Source: Harriotta raleighana
Taxonomy: Eukaryota
DNA length: 64,000 nucleotides
NCBI GenBank assembly: GCA_050575255.1
Contig: JBNZDD010013722.1
Span: 3,418,448-3,482,447, forward strand
Direction: 5' to 3'
Positions 1 through 12,521 of this stretch are shown piece by piece. Position 1 is the first letter of the stretch. The number at the start of each line of letters is the position of its first letter. Under the pieces are notes generated by a model. It worked only from the letters and a program-made list of their open reading frames with translations, made no database searches and was not told the DNA's origin. Position numbers and translations under genes: made by a program.

Positions 1-394
1 AGTCAAAGGTTATGGGTGCAAGACCAACATTCGGAGTTTGAGCTCATGGCTGTTACTCTGATACATTCCTGGGGCCATGCTGTATTTTCAGAGATGCTGT
101 CCTACAGATAGAGATGTTAACCTGAGATTCTGTTTGCCTGTTCTTGTAAATGTTAAATATCCAATGTCACTATTCAAGAAGAGTATTTCTCCCAGTGTCT
201 TGGCCAACAAAACCCTAGGAAAAAATGGTCAGTTATTTCTTCGCAGGTTGTGCAGCATGCTTACAATCATTGCATAATACTCCACATTTACACCACATTT
301 AGTGGGGTATTTGGGGCGTATTTATGCAGTATTTAACAATTCCAGAAATGGTATTGGATCATACTTCAAATACAATGACAATAATATTTTAACA

Positions 395-740
395 ATAATA
401 ATAATCCTTGCATTTGATATAATCATTATATCGAGACATCTCAAAGTGCTTCGCAGGTTATACAATAAAGTGGATTAACTCTATTTTGGGGACGAGAAAC
501 CGCAGCCAATTTGCATGAAGCATTGTCCCATGGAATGAGTGATTAATTTCATGTGGTGGATTTATCGGCCGGGACTCAAACTCCCTTCTCTTTTCGAATA
601 GTACTATCGGATCCACCTCCAACAATGCCCCACACCCCTAGCACTGCATTGGAGTATCAAATTAGACTAGATGATTCCAAGTCCCAACGTGGGGCTTGAA
701 CCCACAACTTTCTGAGTCAGAGGCAAGAATGCTCACGCTT
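395..740 (-). mobile_element. Older Deu-domain SINE (SacSINE/AmnSINE-like)
   Basis: Tail aataatccttgcatttgat and head ggggcttgaacccacaactttctgagtcagaggcaag. Similar decayed copies lie at ~10645-10980(-), 11510-11830(+), 21225-21640(+), 25700-26130(-), 42470-42680(+), 47930-48360(+), 49865-50110(-), 51255-51525(+), 56690-56990(-), 60390-60800(-) and 62750-62915(-). Confidence 0.65.
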
Positions 741-744
741 ATCC

Positions 745-1942
745 AGACTTCTTGATAACAAATCTTGTCAGAATTCTTGTCTTGTGTGAACTCATTCCAG
801 AAGTAGATAATGTCAGAGTGTTGTTCCCACTGGTCTGTAAGGCGCCATGATAGACATTATTGAATTGAAAGAAGGAGCCTATTTAGCTGAACTATTTAAA
901 CTATACTAACAGCAGAATTGCTGCCTTGAGACTTTGAGATTTGGTTGCTTGAACAGCATAACCGATCAAACCATACTACAGTATTTTTATTATGATAAGT
1001 TACCAATATTTTATCATCTGCAACAAGGCAGATGATACAATATTCACAGAACAACCCTGATTTACTGTTTAAATGACAGTGATGTATGTAAATATCAGGA
1101 TTAGTTTAATTGTGTCTACACTACCACCTACATTATCTCAATCCAACTTTCATAAAGATAATCATATTGAACTTTTCATCTCTCAGCAGTGTCTGTACTG
1201 TGTAAAATGTTCACTGATCTAAGATGGGTTACTGGTGAGAGTACTAATGAATGACTTCAGTTCTAGCTGACTAGGATGGAAACAACAGGCAGGTTGTTAC
1301 CAGCAGGTTCCAAAGGATGAGAAGATGCAGCTATTAAGAAGAGATTTTCTCTCTGGAGATGATACATATGAGCTAGGACTTGAAGGACAAAAGCTTTCCT
1401 CTTACATAGCAAGCTAAGGTGGAAATGGTATGGAATGGACATTAAATCGGATCACATTGGCTTGTTCTTGATGGAAGAAGCATACCAATTCTTATTATTA
1501 TAAAGTAGTAGTGAGGTTTTATCACTGATTCTATATTCTGAATAAACCATCCTCAGCACTATTTTGCATTCTGTTGCACTTATGAAAGTAAAGGGTGACA
1601 TTGCTGATGAATCATAGGGCAGGTTTGATGAAGATTATAAAAATAAGTCCACAATGCAGCATATATTCAGTGGAAATTCTGGTCTGAGAAGAGTAATCTG
1701 CCTTGTTGCAGATGATACAATATTTGGCTCTCTTTCAATTCTCTTCTCCAAGCTACAAATGTTGGATAAAGTGTCAAGTTCAGGGCATTTTGCAGGAACA
1801 TGTTCACTGAGGACTGGGATAAAACTGTCAGAACTCATTCTGCTTGAATATTATTTACTATGTCTGACAGGAGACCTTTCACTGCAACAGTGCAGCACTT
1901 GGGTTCCAATCAACTGCACCACTCAGGAAAATTGCATCCTTA
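745..1942 (-). pseudogene. Candidate decayed large exon (unidentified Ser-rich protein)
   Basis: Minus-strand acceptor ttttaattgcag at 1943-1954, then long near-open frame segments (SSRMSSDSFIPVLSEHVPAKCPELDTLSNICSLEKRIEREPN...) broken by scattered stops. No TE similarity recognised. Confidence 0.3.
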
Positions 1943-2619
1943 CTGCAATTAAAATAGCAACTTCTCTCACCCGGGATGTGACTCAGAGGTGCTTTTAATC
2001 TTTGATCCCCAAATGTCTTTCAATCTTTTTTTCCGCACCATTTCATATTTATTGATTTTTAATGGGATTGAGAAAATAAACCCAGAACAAGACCTTCAGA
2101 AGTACCGAGAGATTAGAAATGAGGACATGGTTTAGAGTAGTAGAGTACAATTTCAGGTCAGACACATGGAAATATTTCTGTAAATTATTCTACATGAAAT
2201 GCAAGCATTATTATTATAACCCTGTTAATCTCCCCCTGTGCCCAGCTTCTTTGCCAATATGTTCATTGACTCCATATACCTCTAATTCAAATAGTTTATT
2301 CATAACGTTGTTTAATTTCACTAATAAATATTTTTGTAATTTTTAAGGGAACTTATCTTGCCTGGAAGCAATTTTACCTGAAATCTAGCTAATTGCGAAG
2401 GCTCAAACAAGAACTTGTGTTTCTGAGGATTCAGCACTCACAGATTGTAAACACTATTGCCCTCTGCTGGGGACTTAATGTTTCTCACATCAAGGGGACT
2501 GACCCCCCACCCCACTCCGCCCCGCATTTCAGTCACTACGATTTACAGTATATCCTGTGAAGTGCTTTGAGATGCCCTCCTGACATTAAATACATTATAT
2601 CAAAGGCTAAGGATATTAT

Positions 2620-2880
2620 GAAGATGAGATTGTTCTCTTTGGAGCAGAGAAGGGGAAATTTAATAGAGGTGTTCAAAATTATGAGGCTTATGATAGAGTA
2701 GATAGGGAGATACTGTTTCCTCTGGCAGGTGAGTCAGTAACCAGAGACATAATTTAATAAAATTAGTAAGAATTTGTACATTTTGTAAAAAAAACAAAGG
2801 GCAGATGAGGAGAATTTTTTTCACAGGATTGGTACGGTCTGGAAATCACTGCCTGAAAGTGAAGGGATTGGAAACAGATT
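2620..2880 (+). mobile_element. CR1 3' fragment
   Basis: LFSLEQRR..LIEVFKIM-type CR1 ORF2 end. Confidence 0.7.
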
Positions 2881-2884
2881 CTAG

Positions 2885-3080
2885 AACAACATTAGAATGG
2901 AATACCAGAGGTTGGGGGCAGAATGGCTGAATGGTCCACATGATAACATGAGTAGGTCGGGGGACATGGAGCAGTCCAGAGCCCGCTGAATGGAGGGACT
3001 GGACAAGTTGATAGGTGTTAGGTGGTCGCAGAGGTAGGGTGGGGCAAAGCCATGGAGGGCTTTAAATAAGACCTTGATTA
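2885..3080 (-). mobile_element. L2 fragment
   Basis: FKALHGFAPPYLCDHLTP motif. Confidence 0.7.
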
Positions 3081-3352
3081 GAAAAATAATTGCACAAAAC
3101 AAAGAAAGAAAGTACTCCTTCATAACTGGAAAGAAGTTAAAACAATATTCGCTAAGACATAGGGGCCAAGAGGTCAGACATGCAGGAGTTATAATTGGTG
3201 TAGTAAATATCAGGAATTGGATACGATACGCAGGTTTTGCACACATACAATAGTCTATAAATTGCAAAGCTCACCTATTCCAACCACCACATTACAATTA
3301 CATCTGCACTTTCTAAAGTTATTAAGGATCCTGTCAATTCTCACATGCTTAC

Positions 3353-3655
3353 ATTATCTTGAATGCATTGCACTATACCAGGGTCGTCCAATCTTTTGGC
3401 GGGCTTGATTCCCAATTTGAGAAAGGTCTGCAGGCTGTATCCAGCATGGATCAGCTGGCCATCCTCAGGATACATCCAGGCCGGTGATTTTATCTGGTCG
3501 GAGACTATTTTCAATATCCCAACTTCCTTCCCTTCCTCTCTGTTGAACGTCCTCCCAGGACAGCGGCAGCTGCTTAGATCTTCCACTCCCTCATAGCAGC
3601 AAGATTTTATCAGTAGAGATGAAAAGATGAGCAGTACTGAAGCATTCCATCCCAC
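3353..3655 (-). pseudogene. Candidate exon ending in a GTAAGC donor
   Basis: About 100 open codons (...AWMYPEDGQLIHAGYSLQTFLKLGIKPAKRLDDPGIVQCIQDN) that end exactly at AAT|GTAAGC. No homologue recognised. Confidence 0.35.
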
Positions 3656-4519
3656 ATGGTTAAAAAGGTCACTGCTGTTGTTGTTGGTGAAGACAGTACT
3701 CTTTCAGTCAATATGGACATTGCTTATATACACACAGATGTTCTTGAAATTAGGTAAGCAGGGCACACCCCTCTGAGCATTTCATTCCATGGGAATTTCC
3801 GTGTGTAGATGACATGCAGGAACTCTCAGTCTGGTTCGGATGCTCATATACATGGTCACTAGATCAGACGGTTTCCAAAATAAATATAATGAAAGTTTAC
3901 AGCACTATCAGACATGTTAGGGGATTGACATTGACTAGTAAAGTAATTTTGGTGTTAAGACTTTCCACAAAACAAAATACTATCTATGTTCACAGCTTTC
4001 ACATAATCCATTTTCACAATTTTACACAATTTTTTAATTAAGAAATCCTTAACAAGTTGAATGATTCAATAGCTAACTCTCATTTGTTATTTTAAGGATG
4101 CTAATCGCAAAAATAATGTATTAACATTATAGCTGGAATTTGCATAAAAATACTGTAGTTGTTTGCAAGCAATTCCAATGCACATAATGTCAGAATGGAC
4201 ACAACGTGACAATGGCCATGATGTCTCACTGGACTGGCTACTCCACATCCGCCTTCTGTATCCATTCACCATCAACTAATGGACTTTCAGCAGGATGGCA
4301 TCTGTGCTCTGGAACTCTTTTCCCAGGTCACTCCGACTTGCTCCTTCCCTCCGTCTTTCAAGTACATCTCATCAAGTAATTATTTGACTGTGCTCTTTCA
4401 CAAATCTTCTGCACCTCCTGAACTCCCACTCGCACTTCCAATGCAGGGGTAAAATTGTCAGGTGTTTTGGGACAGCCTCTTAATGTGAAAGGCACTATAT
4501 AAGTATAAATTATACTTGT

Positions 4520-4829
4520 AATAATAATAATCCTTGCATTTGATATAGCGCTTTTCACATCTTATCGACATCCCAAAGTGCTTCACAGAATATACTGTAA
4601 AGTGAATTGATTGTATATTTGTGGGTGGAACGTGGCAGCCAATTGCGCACAGCAGTGTCCCACAAACAGTCGTGGATTGAAATGACCAATTTTATTATTG
4701 TGGGTTGTTTGGAGGGATTATTATTAGGCATGTGGAGTAAGGAAACTTGCCCAAGGTTTCGCCCTGATCTGCCTGGATTTGAACACGCTTGTAATGTGAG
4801 TGCTCTAACCACTGAGCCACAGGAGCTCC
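4520..4829 (-). mobile_element. tRNA-derived Deu-type SINE with L2-like tail (young family)
   Basis: tRNA-like head with A/B boxes (ggagctcctgtggctcagtggttagagc...gttcaaatcc), a central tttgtgggacactgctgtgcgcaattggctgcc segment, and tail aaagcgctatatcaaatgcaaggattatt. Confidence 0.9.
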
Positions 4830-5080
4830 TGTATTGCATAGAGTACTTTCCGTGCAAGTAACTTTACAAAATGTTAATCATAAAGTATGTGGAGTACTCT
4901 GAGTAGTGTTGAAAAGTTTTAGGAAGTTGATTATATAAGAAAGCAAGTTTGATTGAAAGAAGAAAAGTGGTTAAGTGAAGGTATTGGGAGAGATTGTAAT
5001 GACTTAACCTTCCTCTATTCATCAACATACTTTCTCAAATTGATCCTCATTTTCCCAGAGGTTTGCTTTGCCATTTATGT

Positions 5081-5288
5081 GGGGTCTTGTGCTCAGTGGT
5101 AAGAGCACTCACCTCACAAGCGAGTAACTTAAGTTTGATTCCCCGAAAGTTTTGATACTCTACACATCTCTGTTTACCTAACAGTAAGTAGGAACACAGC
5201 TGTTAATTGATTGGTTGATCACTTTTTTCAGCGCCTTGGGACGTCCTCCCAACGTGAAAGGTGCTATACAAATGTAATTTTGTTGTTG
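5081..5288 (+). mobile_element. Short tRNA-derived SINE with an L2 3' tail (second SINE family)
   Basis: Head ggggtcttgtgctcagtggtaagagc...gtttgattccc. Tail cagcgccttgggacgtcctcc..cgtgaaaggtgctatacaaatgtaattttgttgttg is shared with the L2 copies. Confidence 0.8.
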
Positions 5289-6124
5289 TCTTTTCCAGCG
5301 GTACTAATTAATTCTAAAAAATAATGATTTGATCACTCAATCCATGACTGTTTGTGGGGCACTGCTGGGTGCATTTGGCCGCTGCGTTTTGCCCATAAAA
5401 TATACAGTCAATTCACTTTATAGTATATTCTGTGAAGTGCTTTGAGATGTCCTATTATCCAAATCATAAGCTAGTCTTCAATTAACTGTAGATGCCTATG
5501 GTTCTAATGAATTCAATCCATTTTACTTTCTTGATCAGAAGATGGCAGATTGCCTGTCTGACGTGCTACAATTTTGCATCAGCAAAGGAAACAGCAGGAG
5601 ATTTGCTTCACATTGTTGTATTGGTCACATAATGTGAACCTTCTGCGATGCAGCCTGATAAATTCAAAGTCAAAATGGGATTCCCAAATTCCCAAACTAT
5701 CACCATTTAAGCAGGATCACCTTTTGTTGTTAATTTGCAAATTTGGAACAAATGAGTGATATTCTGTAACATGTGAATTATCCAGTCACATTTATGTGAA
5801 TGAATGTAAATCATACTTTACTACTGTACCTATTACTCATTTAACACTTTGGTAACCATCACAAATATCTTCTGCAATGAATATTTTCCATGGTTTTATT
5901 TGCAGTAGATAATTTACTCGGTATAAAGAGAAATTGCTAAATCTATGTATACCTCTGAGACACATATAATCTTACAGTAATAGTATTGTTTTCTCTTCTA
6001 ATCTCAAAAGGCTACTTATACAAAGTAAACAAAAAATCACAGTGTATTCTCTTAATTTAGCGGATAAACAGAATAATGGACTGGAAAAAGAAATAAGTTT
6101 GTCTCAAATAGAACTCTCATCTAG

Positions 6125-6305
6125 GAGGCTTTGGATCCACTCAAATTTTTAAGACTGAGATGGATAGATTTTAGTTATGCAAGGGTTTCAAATTATATGA
6201 GCCAAAAGCGGGTAATTTGAGTTGAGGTACAGATCAACCATGATTTAATTGAATTGCAGAACAGGCTTGTGGGACTGAATGGTCTACTCCTGTGCCTATG
6301 TTCCT
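6125..6305 (+). mobile_element. CR1 3' end
   Basis: tttaagactgagatggatagattt...gaatggtctactcctgtgcctatgttcct tail. Confidence 0.75.
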
Positions 6306-7149
6306 GCGAATAGATTCTGCACTGTCCCTGAAGAGTCACACTTTTCTGATCTGATCTGGAGACTATTAGGCTCTGTTTTTGGCAAGAGCACATCTTGAGG
6401 ACCTTCAGAGTGTGTGTTGAGAGTACTGCTAGCGTTTATGCAGGTAAAAACGTTGAGCTTGTCATTGCAAATACTTTCTGACAAGTTTTCTACTGTTTCT
6501 CCAGCCAGGATCAATGTACCTGTTGAGGCTTTGGCTTGAAGTTTAATAGGAGACAAATGAATAAAATAGCAATTTTACATAGCAGACGGCAGGTTGGAAG
6601 AACCATTTAAGAATCCAATATACTAACATTTTGTTTAGGAGGTTAAGGGTTCTCCTGCTCTTTATCCTTTACATCTGGTAACCTATTCATAGGCTAACCT
6701 TTTGGCTGCTGTGGGCCAGATTCTCTATTGGAGCAAGGTCCATTGGCTAGATAAGTAATATTTTGTGTTTTTCTTCCAGAAACATAACAACATTGACACA
6801 GCACCTTTTTCATGTTGGAAGGACATCTCAAAGCACTCATCATTACCGGCTTGGCACCTGATCTGGGGCTGGGAGCTGAGGCAGTTGGGATGAGGAGGTA
6901 AAAAGATGACCAAAAGTGTGGTCAATGAATTACATCTTGATATGCTTTGAAAGAGGAGAGGGAGCGAGTCGGAGGAACTATGGGAATGGAACTCCAGAGA
7001 GCAGGGGAAATATGGCGATAATAGTGGCATATACGCAGTGGGGAACAGCCGGGTCAATAGGTCACAGATATGAGTGGGGAGGTGGAGTGAAAGTCATGGA
7101 AAGGTTTCTCACTGGAGAAAGAGGGAGATTTCTGTGAGGAAACTGCATG

Positions 7150-7700
7150 GCACGTTTCTCAGTATCTGTCTTGGTTCCACACATTCTCCTACCTGCACTC
7201 ACTTCTCCTGTTTCTCCCTCTCTTTTCTCACTGTTTCAGCTTCTCTCTCTTACCCTCTCCTATATGTTCTCTCTCAGTCATTCTTCTTTTTCTCTCTTGC
7301 ACTCTCTCACACGATCTCTCTCACTCTCTCTGTGTTTCTTTCTCCCGTCCTCTCTCATTCCTCCCTCTCTCAATCCCCCTTCTTCCTCCCTCTCTGTTCC
7401 CCTTTCCATTACCTCTCTTGTTTCCCTCCCTCAATCCCTGTCCTCTCTCTACTTTTCTCAATTCCCCTCCATTCTATCCGTCCCTCAATCCCTCTCTCCT
7501 CCCAATCATTCTTATCCTCTCCTATCCCCCCTTTCCTTCCCTCTTTCTCTCCCCACCCCATCTTTTCCTCTCTCCACTCTCCCCCTCTCTCAATCCTTCT
7601 CCTCTCGATCTATATCTCTCTACACCTTTTCAATCACCCTCTCTTCTGCCCCACCCCCATCCCATATGATCCCTCCATTTCCTCTCTGTCCCCCTAACCC
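7150..7700. repeat. CT-rich polypyrimidine low-complexity tract
   Basis: About 550 bp composed largely of C/T on the plus strand. It explains ORFs 7074, 7147 and 7418. Confidence 0.9.
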
Positions 7701-8274
7701 CACTTCTCAAACTCTCGCCAAGGTGAGAGGGAACGGAAGTTGTAATGCTGAAAATGGTCTTGGGCCAAATGTGGCTTGCAGGCCACCAGCTGGCCCACAC
7801 TGGATGCAGCCGCGGACCTTTCTCAAATAGGATAATTCAGCCTGCGGCAGCCCAAAGGTTGGCAGGGCAATACATTCAATTCATAATGGAAACACATGAG
7901 AATTAACAGAATCTTCCATGACTTTAGACTACAGCCTGTTGTACAGTACTATGCTGCTCTACACTATTAGTTGGCAGTGTGTTAATCAACATGGCAATTC
8001 CCCTGTAAATCTAATCAACGTCAGTCACATCTAGATTTCTGCTCAGATATATCATTTGTCATTAATTTTAATGTTTCCAAAGGCCATGTTAAGATTTAGT
8101 GATCTGCCCTTCTAAACACCAAAGTTTGTGGCTGTATGGAGTTATATAAATGATCTCTTCCCCTCACTGTCCCCTCTATTCACTCTCCACACTTCTGAAT
8201 TCATCAGTTTCTTTCAGAGCAGATATATTCAATACACTCAGAGTGCATTTCTTCTTTCATTGCAATGGGGAAAT

Positions 8275-8960
8275 TACTACATTTGTATAGCTCCTTTCAC
8301 GTTAGGAGGATGTCCCAAGATGCTGAACAGTCAGGGATTTGGTCCGGAGCAGGCGATCAGGATTGGGGAGGGTGAAGGGCAGGACGGGTAGAAGGGTAGC
8401 CAAAAGTTTTGGTTGAAGAGAAAGGTTTTAAGACATGCCTTGAAGGAGGCATGGCAGAGTGCATGGCAAAGGGAATGTGGCAAAGAGTGGGAGCATAAAC
8501 GCTGAAGGCCCAAACACCAACGGTGGGGCATGCCATGCAGGGGAAATGAAGCAGGCCCCAGCTTGTTGAGTGGAGGGAGCAGACTGGTTGTTACAGCGTT
8601 GGCAAGTCACAGCGGTAGAGAGGGGCAAGGCAGTGGAGAGCCTTGAAGCCATGGACGAGGATTTTGAACTCTATCCTCTGAGTGATGGATAGCCAGTGGA
8701 GCTGGGTGATAGGGTCATGGTATGGGAGAGGACACAAGCTGCAGAGTGCTGTATGGTTTGCAGATTGTAGAGAGAATAGTTGGGAATGCTAATAAGGCTT
8801 GGCCTGGTCAAGCCTAGATGTGATGAATGCTTGGGTGAAGGTTTTGGTAGCCTGAGGGGTGAGGCAGTAGCAGAGTGGGTGATGATGCAGAGGTGGGGGA
8901 AGGCAGATGTGGGGAAGAAAGTACCGTTGTGGATAAAACAAGATGCCAAGGTTCTGGACT
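8275..8960 (-). mobile_element. L2 LINE 3' fragment
   Basis: L2 terminal motif at ~8280-8330 and degenerate RT C-terminal similarity (LQTIQHSAACVL). Confidence 0.8.
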
Positions 8961-9544
8961 AGCTCAGTGAGGTAGAGTATGTGGCCCTGCTTGGTGATAC
9001 TACCAGTGCCTGAGGTGTGTACTAACTTGTAATCTCCTCCATGAGCTTCGATCGGTTATGAAAATTATGGTTCCCCCTAAAGATTAAAATGATCACATCA
9101 TCATAATTATTATTAATAATAATTATCTGTAAAATGTATATAGTCCCTTTCTAGTTTCAAACTGCTGTACTGCATTTACTGATTTTTGTAAGTGAGTAAT
9201 TGCAGCTAATTTGCCCCCAAAGAAGACATGAAGCGCCTGACCAAGGCCAATGGAAAATTGTGGAAATATTTGACAAGAATTGTGGAGGAATTTGTCAAAT
9301 TTTGCAGAAAATTGAGGAAGGTTGATTGGTGCTATTCAGAGGTCCATTTTACTACCAATCCACATTTGTTTTACTTTTACTGATAAAAGTGAAATACAAA
9401 TAAATAACACATAGAGCATTAGACACAAAAACAATCATTAATACTTTCTTGAACAAACCTGGGTGACCTATTTGTTGGGGGGAATTATTCCTTACTGAGC
9501 AGCTCCAAGAGGTCACCACCTCCTGCCTCTCGGGGCCTGCCACC

Positions 9545-9825
9545 GCAGAGAGAGAGACACACACACTCGCAGGCATGGCAGGGAAAGGGGTGGTGGTGGT
9601 AGTGGAGGTGTGTGTGTGTGAGTAACAGAGAGGGGTGTAGGGGATGGGTGTGTGTGTGTGTAGTGGAGGGGGTGAGGTATGTGTGTATTGTGGAGGGGTG
9701 TGTAGGGGACGGGTGTGTGTAGTGGAGGAGTGTAGTGGAGGGGTGTGTGAGTGCAACAGATGGGTGTGTGTAGTGCAGGGGGGAGGTATGCAGTGGAGCA
9801 GTATGTGTGTAGCAGAGAGGGGGTT
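9545..9825. repeat. GT/GGA-rich low-complexity tract
   Basis: Degenerate gtgtgtagtggagg(gg) units. It explains ORFs 9352-9902. Confidence 0.85.
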
Positions 9826-12206
9826 GGAACAGAACCCACAGAAAAATTGAGGTCGCAAGAATTTTGGACACCTCTCGGGAAACATATTGGCCTGTTAAAC
9901 ATGGATAATGAGGCTAAATGTCTGCTCCTGCTGCTCGTCCGTGCCTTCTAAACCAAATTCAGTCAACCCTGGAGTCAAACCAGAGAAAAGAAAAGCAATC
10001 TGCACATCAAGATGGCTAATGTCAACATACAAATGATACTAAGCAGTTAGTTGTGTGACTGGGCATCCAAGAATACAATCACCAGAGGGCAATAAAAGCT
10101 GACTGTCAATGTTAATACTATGTAAGATATNCAAATTCAGTCAACCCTGGAGTCAAACCAGAGAAAAGAAAAGCAATCTGCCCATCAAGATGGCTAATGT
10201 CAACATACAAATGATACTAAGCAGTTAGTTGTGTGACTGGGCATCCAACAATACAATCACCAGAGGGCAATAAAAGCTGACTGGGAAAGGTTAATACTAT
10301 GTAAGATATACTATTCTAATAAACATGTGTGAGCTGGAGGTTGTGAATCCTATTCCTTTCTAATGTATAAGGTAATGTAGCATCCAGGAGGCATTAGACT
10401 TATATAGACACTCAACGAATTCTGCTGCAGACAGCTGACATCTCCAGCTGCAAATATCAGACATTTGAGAACTTCCATTCCATAATATTTTTGTCTGCGA
10501 ACTTAGTTTGCACAATTAGTTTGCAAGTATCCACAAACTAATATTTGCACATACTTTCACCACCCATCTTAAAATGTATACTTGTTAATATCTGGGTTAT
10601 TAAAGAGGATTCCTGAAATAAGTAGAATTAGCATTACTTTATATAGTAATAATCCTTGTATTTTATGAGGCCTTATCACATTGTCAAAACACTTCACAGG
10701 ATTTACTGTGTACAGTAGTGACTGTATTTACAAGCAAATATGGCAACAATTTGCACACAGTAGTATTCCACAAAAAGCCACAAAATGAATGCACGATTTT
10801 ATATGGGGGATTGTTGGCCAGACCACCAGAAGAAACTTCTTTCTCTTTTCTAAATTGCCCACCTGAATAGGCAGATAGGATCTTCGTTTTATGTCTCATC
10901 CAAAGGACAATAACATCTGACTCCAACAATGCAGCAGTCCCTCAGCACTGCATTGGAATGTCAGTCTTGATTATTTGAATAGAGAAGAGAGATACTCTTT
11001 TGCCCCAGAACAAAATACACTCTGTGACTCTGTGACATTGTTTTGTGTAAATTGGCTGCCAAGTTTGGCTCGTATTACAATCACTCTACTTCACAGTAAA
11101 TCCTATGAATTTCAATATCAAATTCAAGAATTATTATTATAGCCTCTGATAAGACAATAATGAATAGATCATTATTTGTTGTGATCATAGCATAAAAAAG
11201 CTTTGGAGAAGTGAATTGATAATATCACCTGACTAATGAATAACCTCACATAAAGTAGTTACATTATTAAAACTTTAGCTTGTTATAAGATACAAATTAA
11301 GCATATTTTAGGCACAGTTCTTTCCCCAGGATCTATCACAATATTGATATTTACAAGGAAACTTCATGAGGATTTAAAAATCTATCGATTATAGATTATA
11401 CAGACAGATTAAATTCAACACAGCACTTCCATTGGTTTCCTGAGTTTACAGCATAAATTCTTCACTCTATAACAATAAATGTTCATCTTGTAACATGAAT
11501 CTCCAATTCTCAGTCTAGCTCAGTTGACAGCACATTGTTTTTTTGAACTCTTGCAGCCTAGGTTTAAATTCCAATGTAGTGTTGCGAGTACATTGCATTG
11601 TTGGAAGTGCGAATCTTTTGGATGATGTTTAAACCAAGGTTCTATTTGTCTGTTCAAGTGGATGTTTCATGGCTTTGTTATAAAAGAGTATGGAGATCCT
11701 CCTGATGTCCTGGCCAAAACTCCCCCAAGTAGAATTGGTCATTCACTTCAAAGCTGTTTGTAGAACATTCATACGTGCAGTGAATTGGGACATCCTTCCG
11801 ACGTGAAAGGCACTCTACAAATGTTATTTGCTAAGAAAACAGAGTCTGAGGTAAGGAAATTTGCCCAACGTTTCACCCTGCCGGGAATCAAACCCAGGTC
11901 TCTCAATTGCAAGGCGAGTGCTGCAACAACTGAGCTGTAGGACTACAAATGTAAGGATTATTATTAATATTAGTGTTTGTGGCATAAACCGATCATTTCA
12001 AAGTATGGATTTATATAATAACCAATACCTTAGAGTAAATTTGATGTATTGGTCTTTCTCAGCTCATTGTTTTCCCATTTTAATTGTTTGCATGGTCGGT
12101 CACGTGTTCCTTTGCCCACAAGGGACTGGTTTCCTATCACTGCATATTTATTTGCCACGATTGGCTGATAGGTAACATGTCCCTGGAGATATAATAATAT
12201 AATATA

Positions 12207-12521
12207 ATAATAATCCTTGCATTTGATATAGCGCTTTTCACATCTTATTGACGTCTCAAAGCGCTTCACAGAATATACTGTGAAGTGAATTGACTGTATA
12301 TTTGTAGGCAGAATGTGGCAGCCAATTGCGCACAGCAGTGTCCCACAAACACTCATGGATTGAAATGACCAATTTTATTATTGTGGTTTTTTTGGAGGGA
12401 TTATTATTAGGCATGTGGAGTAAGGAAACTTGCCCAAGGTTTCGCCCTGATCTGCCTGGATTCGAACACAGGTCTCATGCTTGTAAAGCGAGTGCTCTAA
12501 CCACTAAGCCACAGGAGCTCC
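12207..12521 (-). mobile_element. tRNA-derived Deu-type SINE (young family), full length
   Basis: High similarity to 4520-4829. Confidence 0.9.

Noticed and set aside
7074-7830. 207- and 227-aa S/L/P/F-rich ORFs
   Set aside because: Products of the CT-rich tract, which lacks stop codons.
9496-9536. 41-nt minus-strand mini-exon reading GGDLLELL (kinase subdomain V-like)
   Set aside because: Too short, embedded next to low-complexity sequence, and no other kinase motifs were found in the window.
9954-10308. Apparent tandem duplications around single 'n' characters (n at 10131, 13942, 23262, 24098, 32456, 34522, 34824, 58126, 59338)
   Set aside because: Each duplicate is split exactly by one 'n' and the copies differ by a few SNPs or indels (e.g. 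a 13-bp indel near 32507). These are unmerged contig overlaps or allelic variants, not biological repeats.
12440-12521. tRNA-like sequences with A/B boxes (also ~4760-4829, 5081-5145, 11870-11945, 37050-37124)
   Set aside because: These are SINE heads attached to SINE bodies, with no complete cloverleaf.
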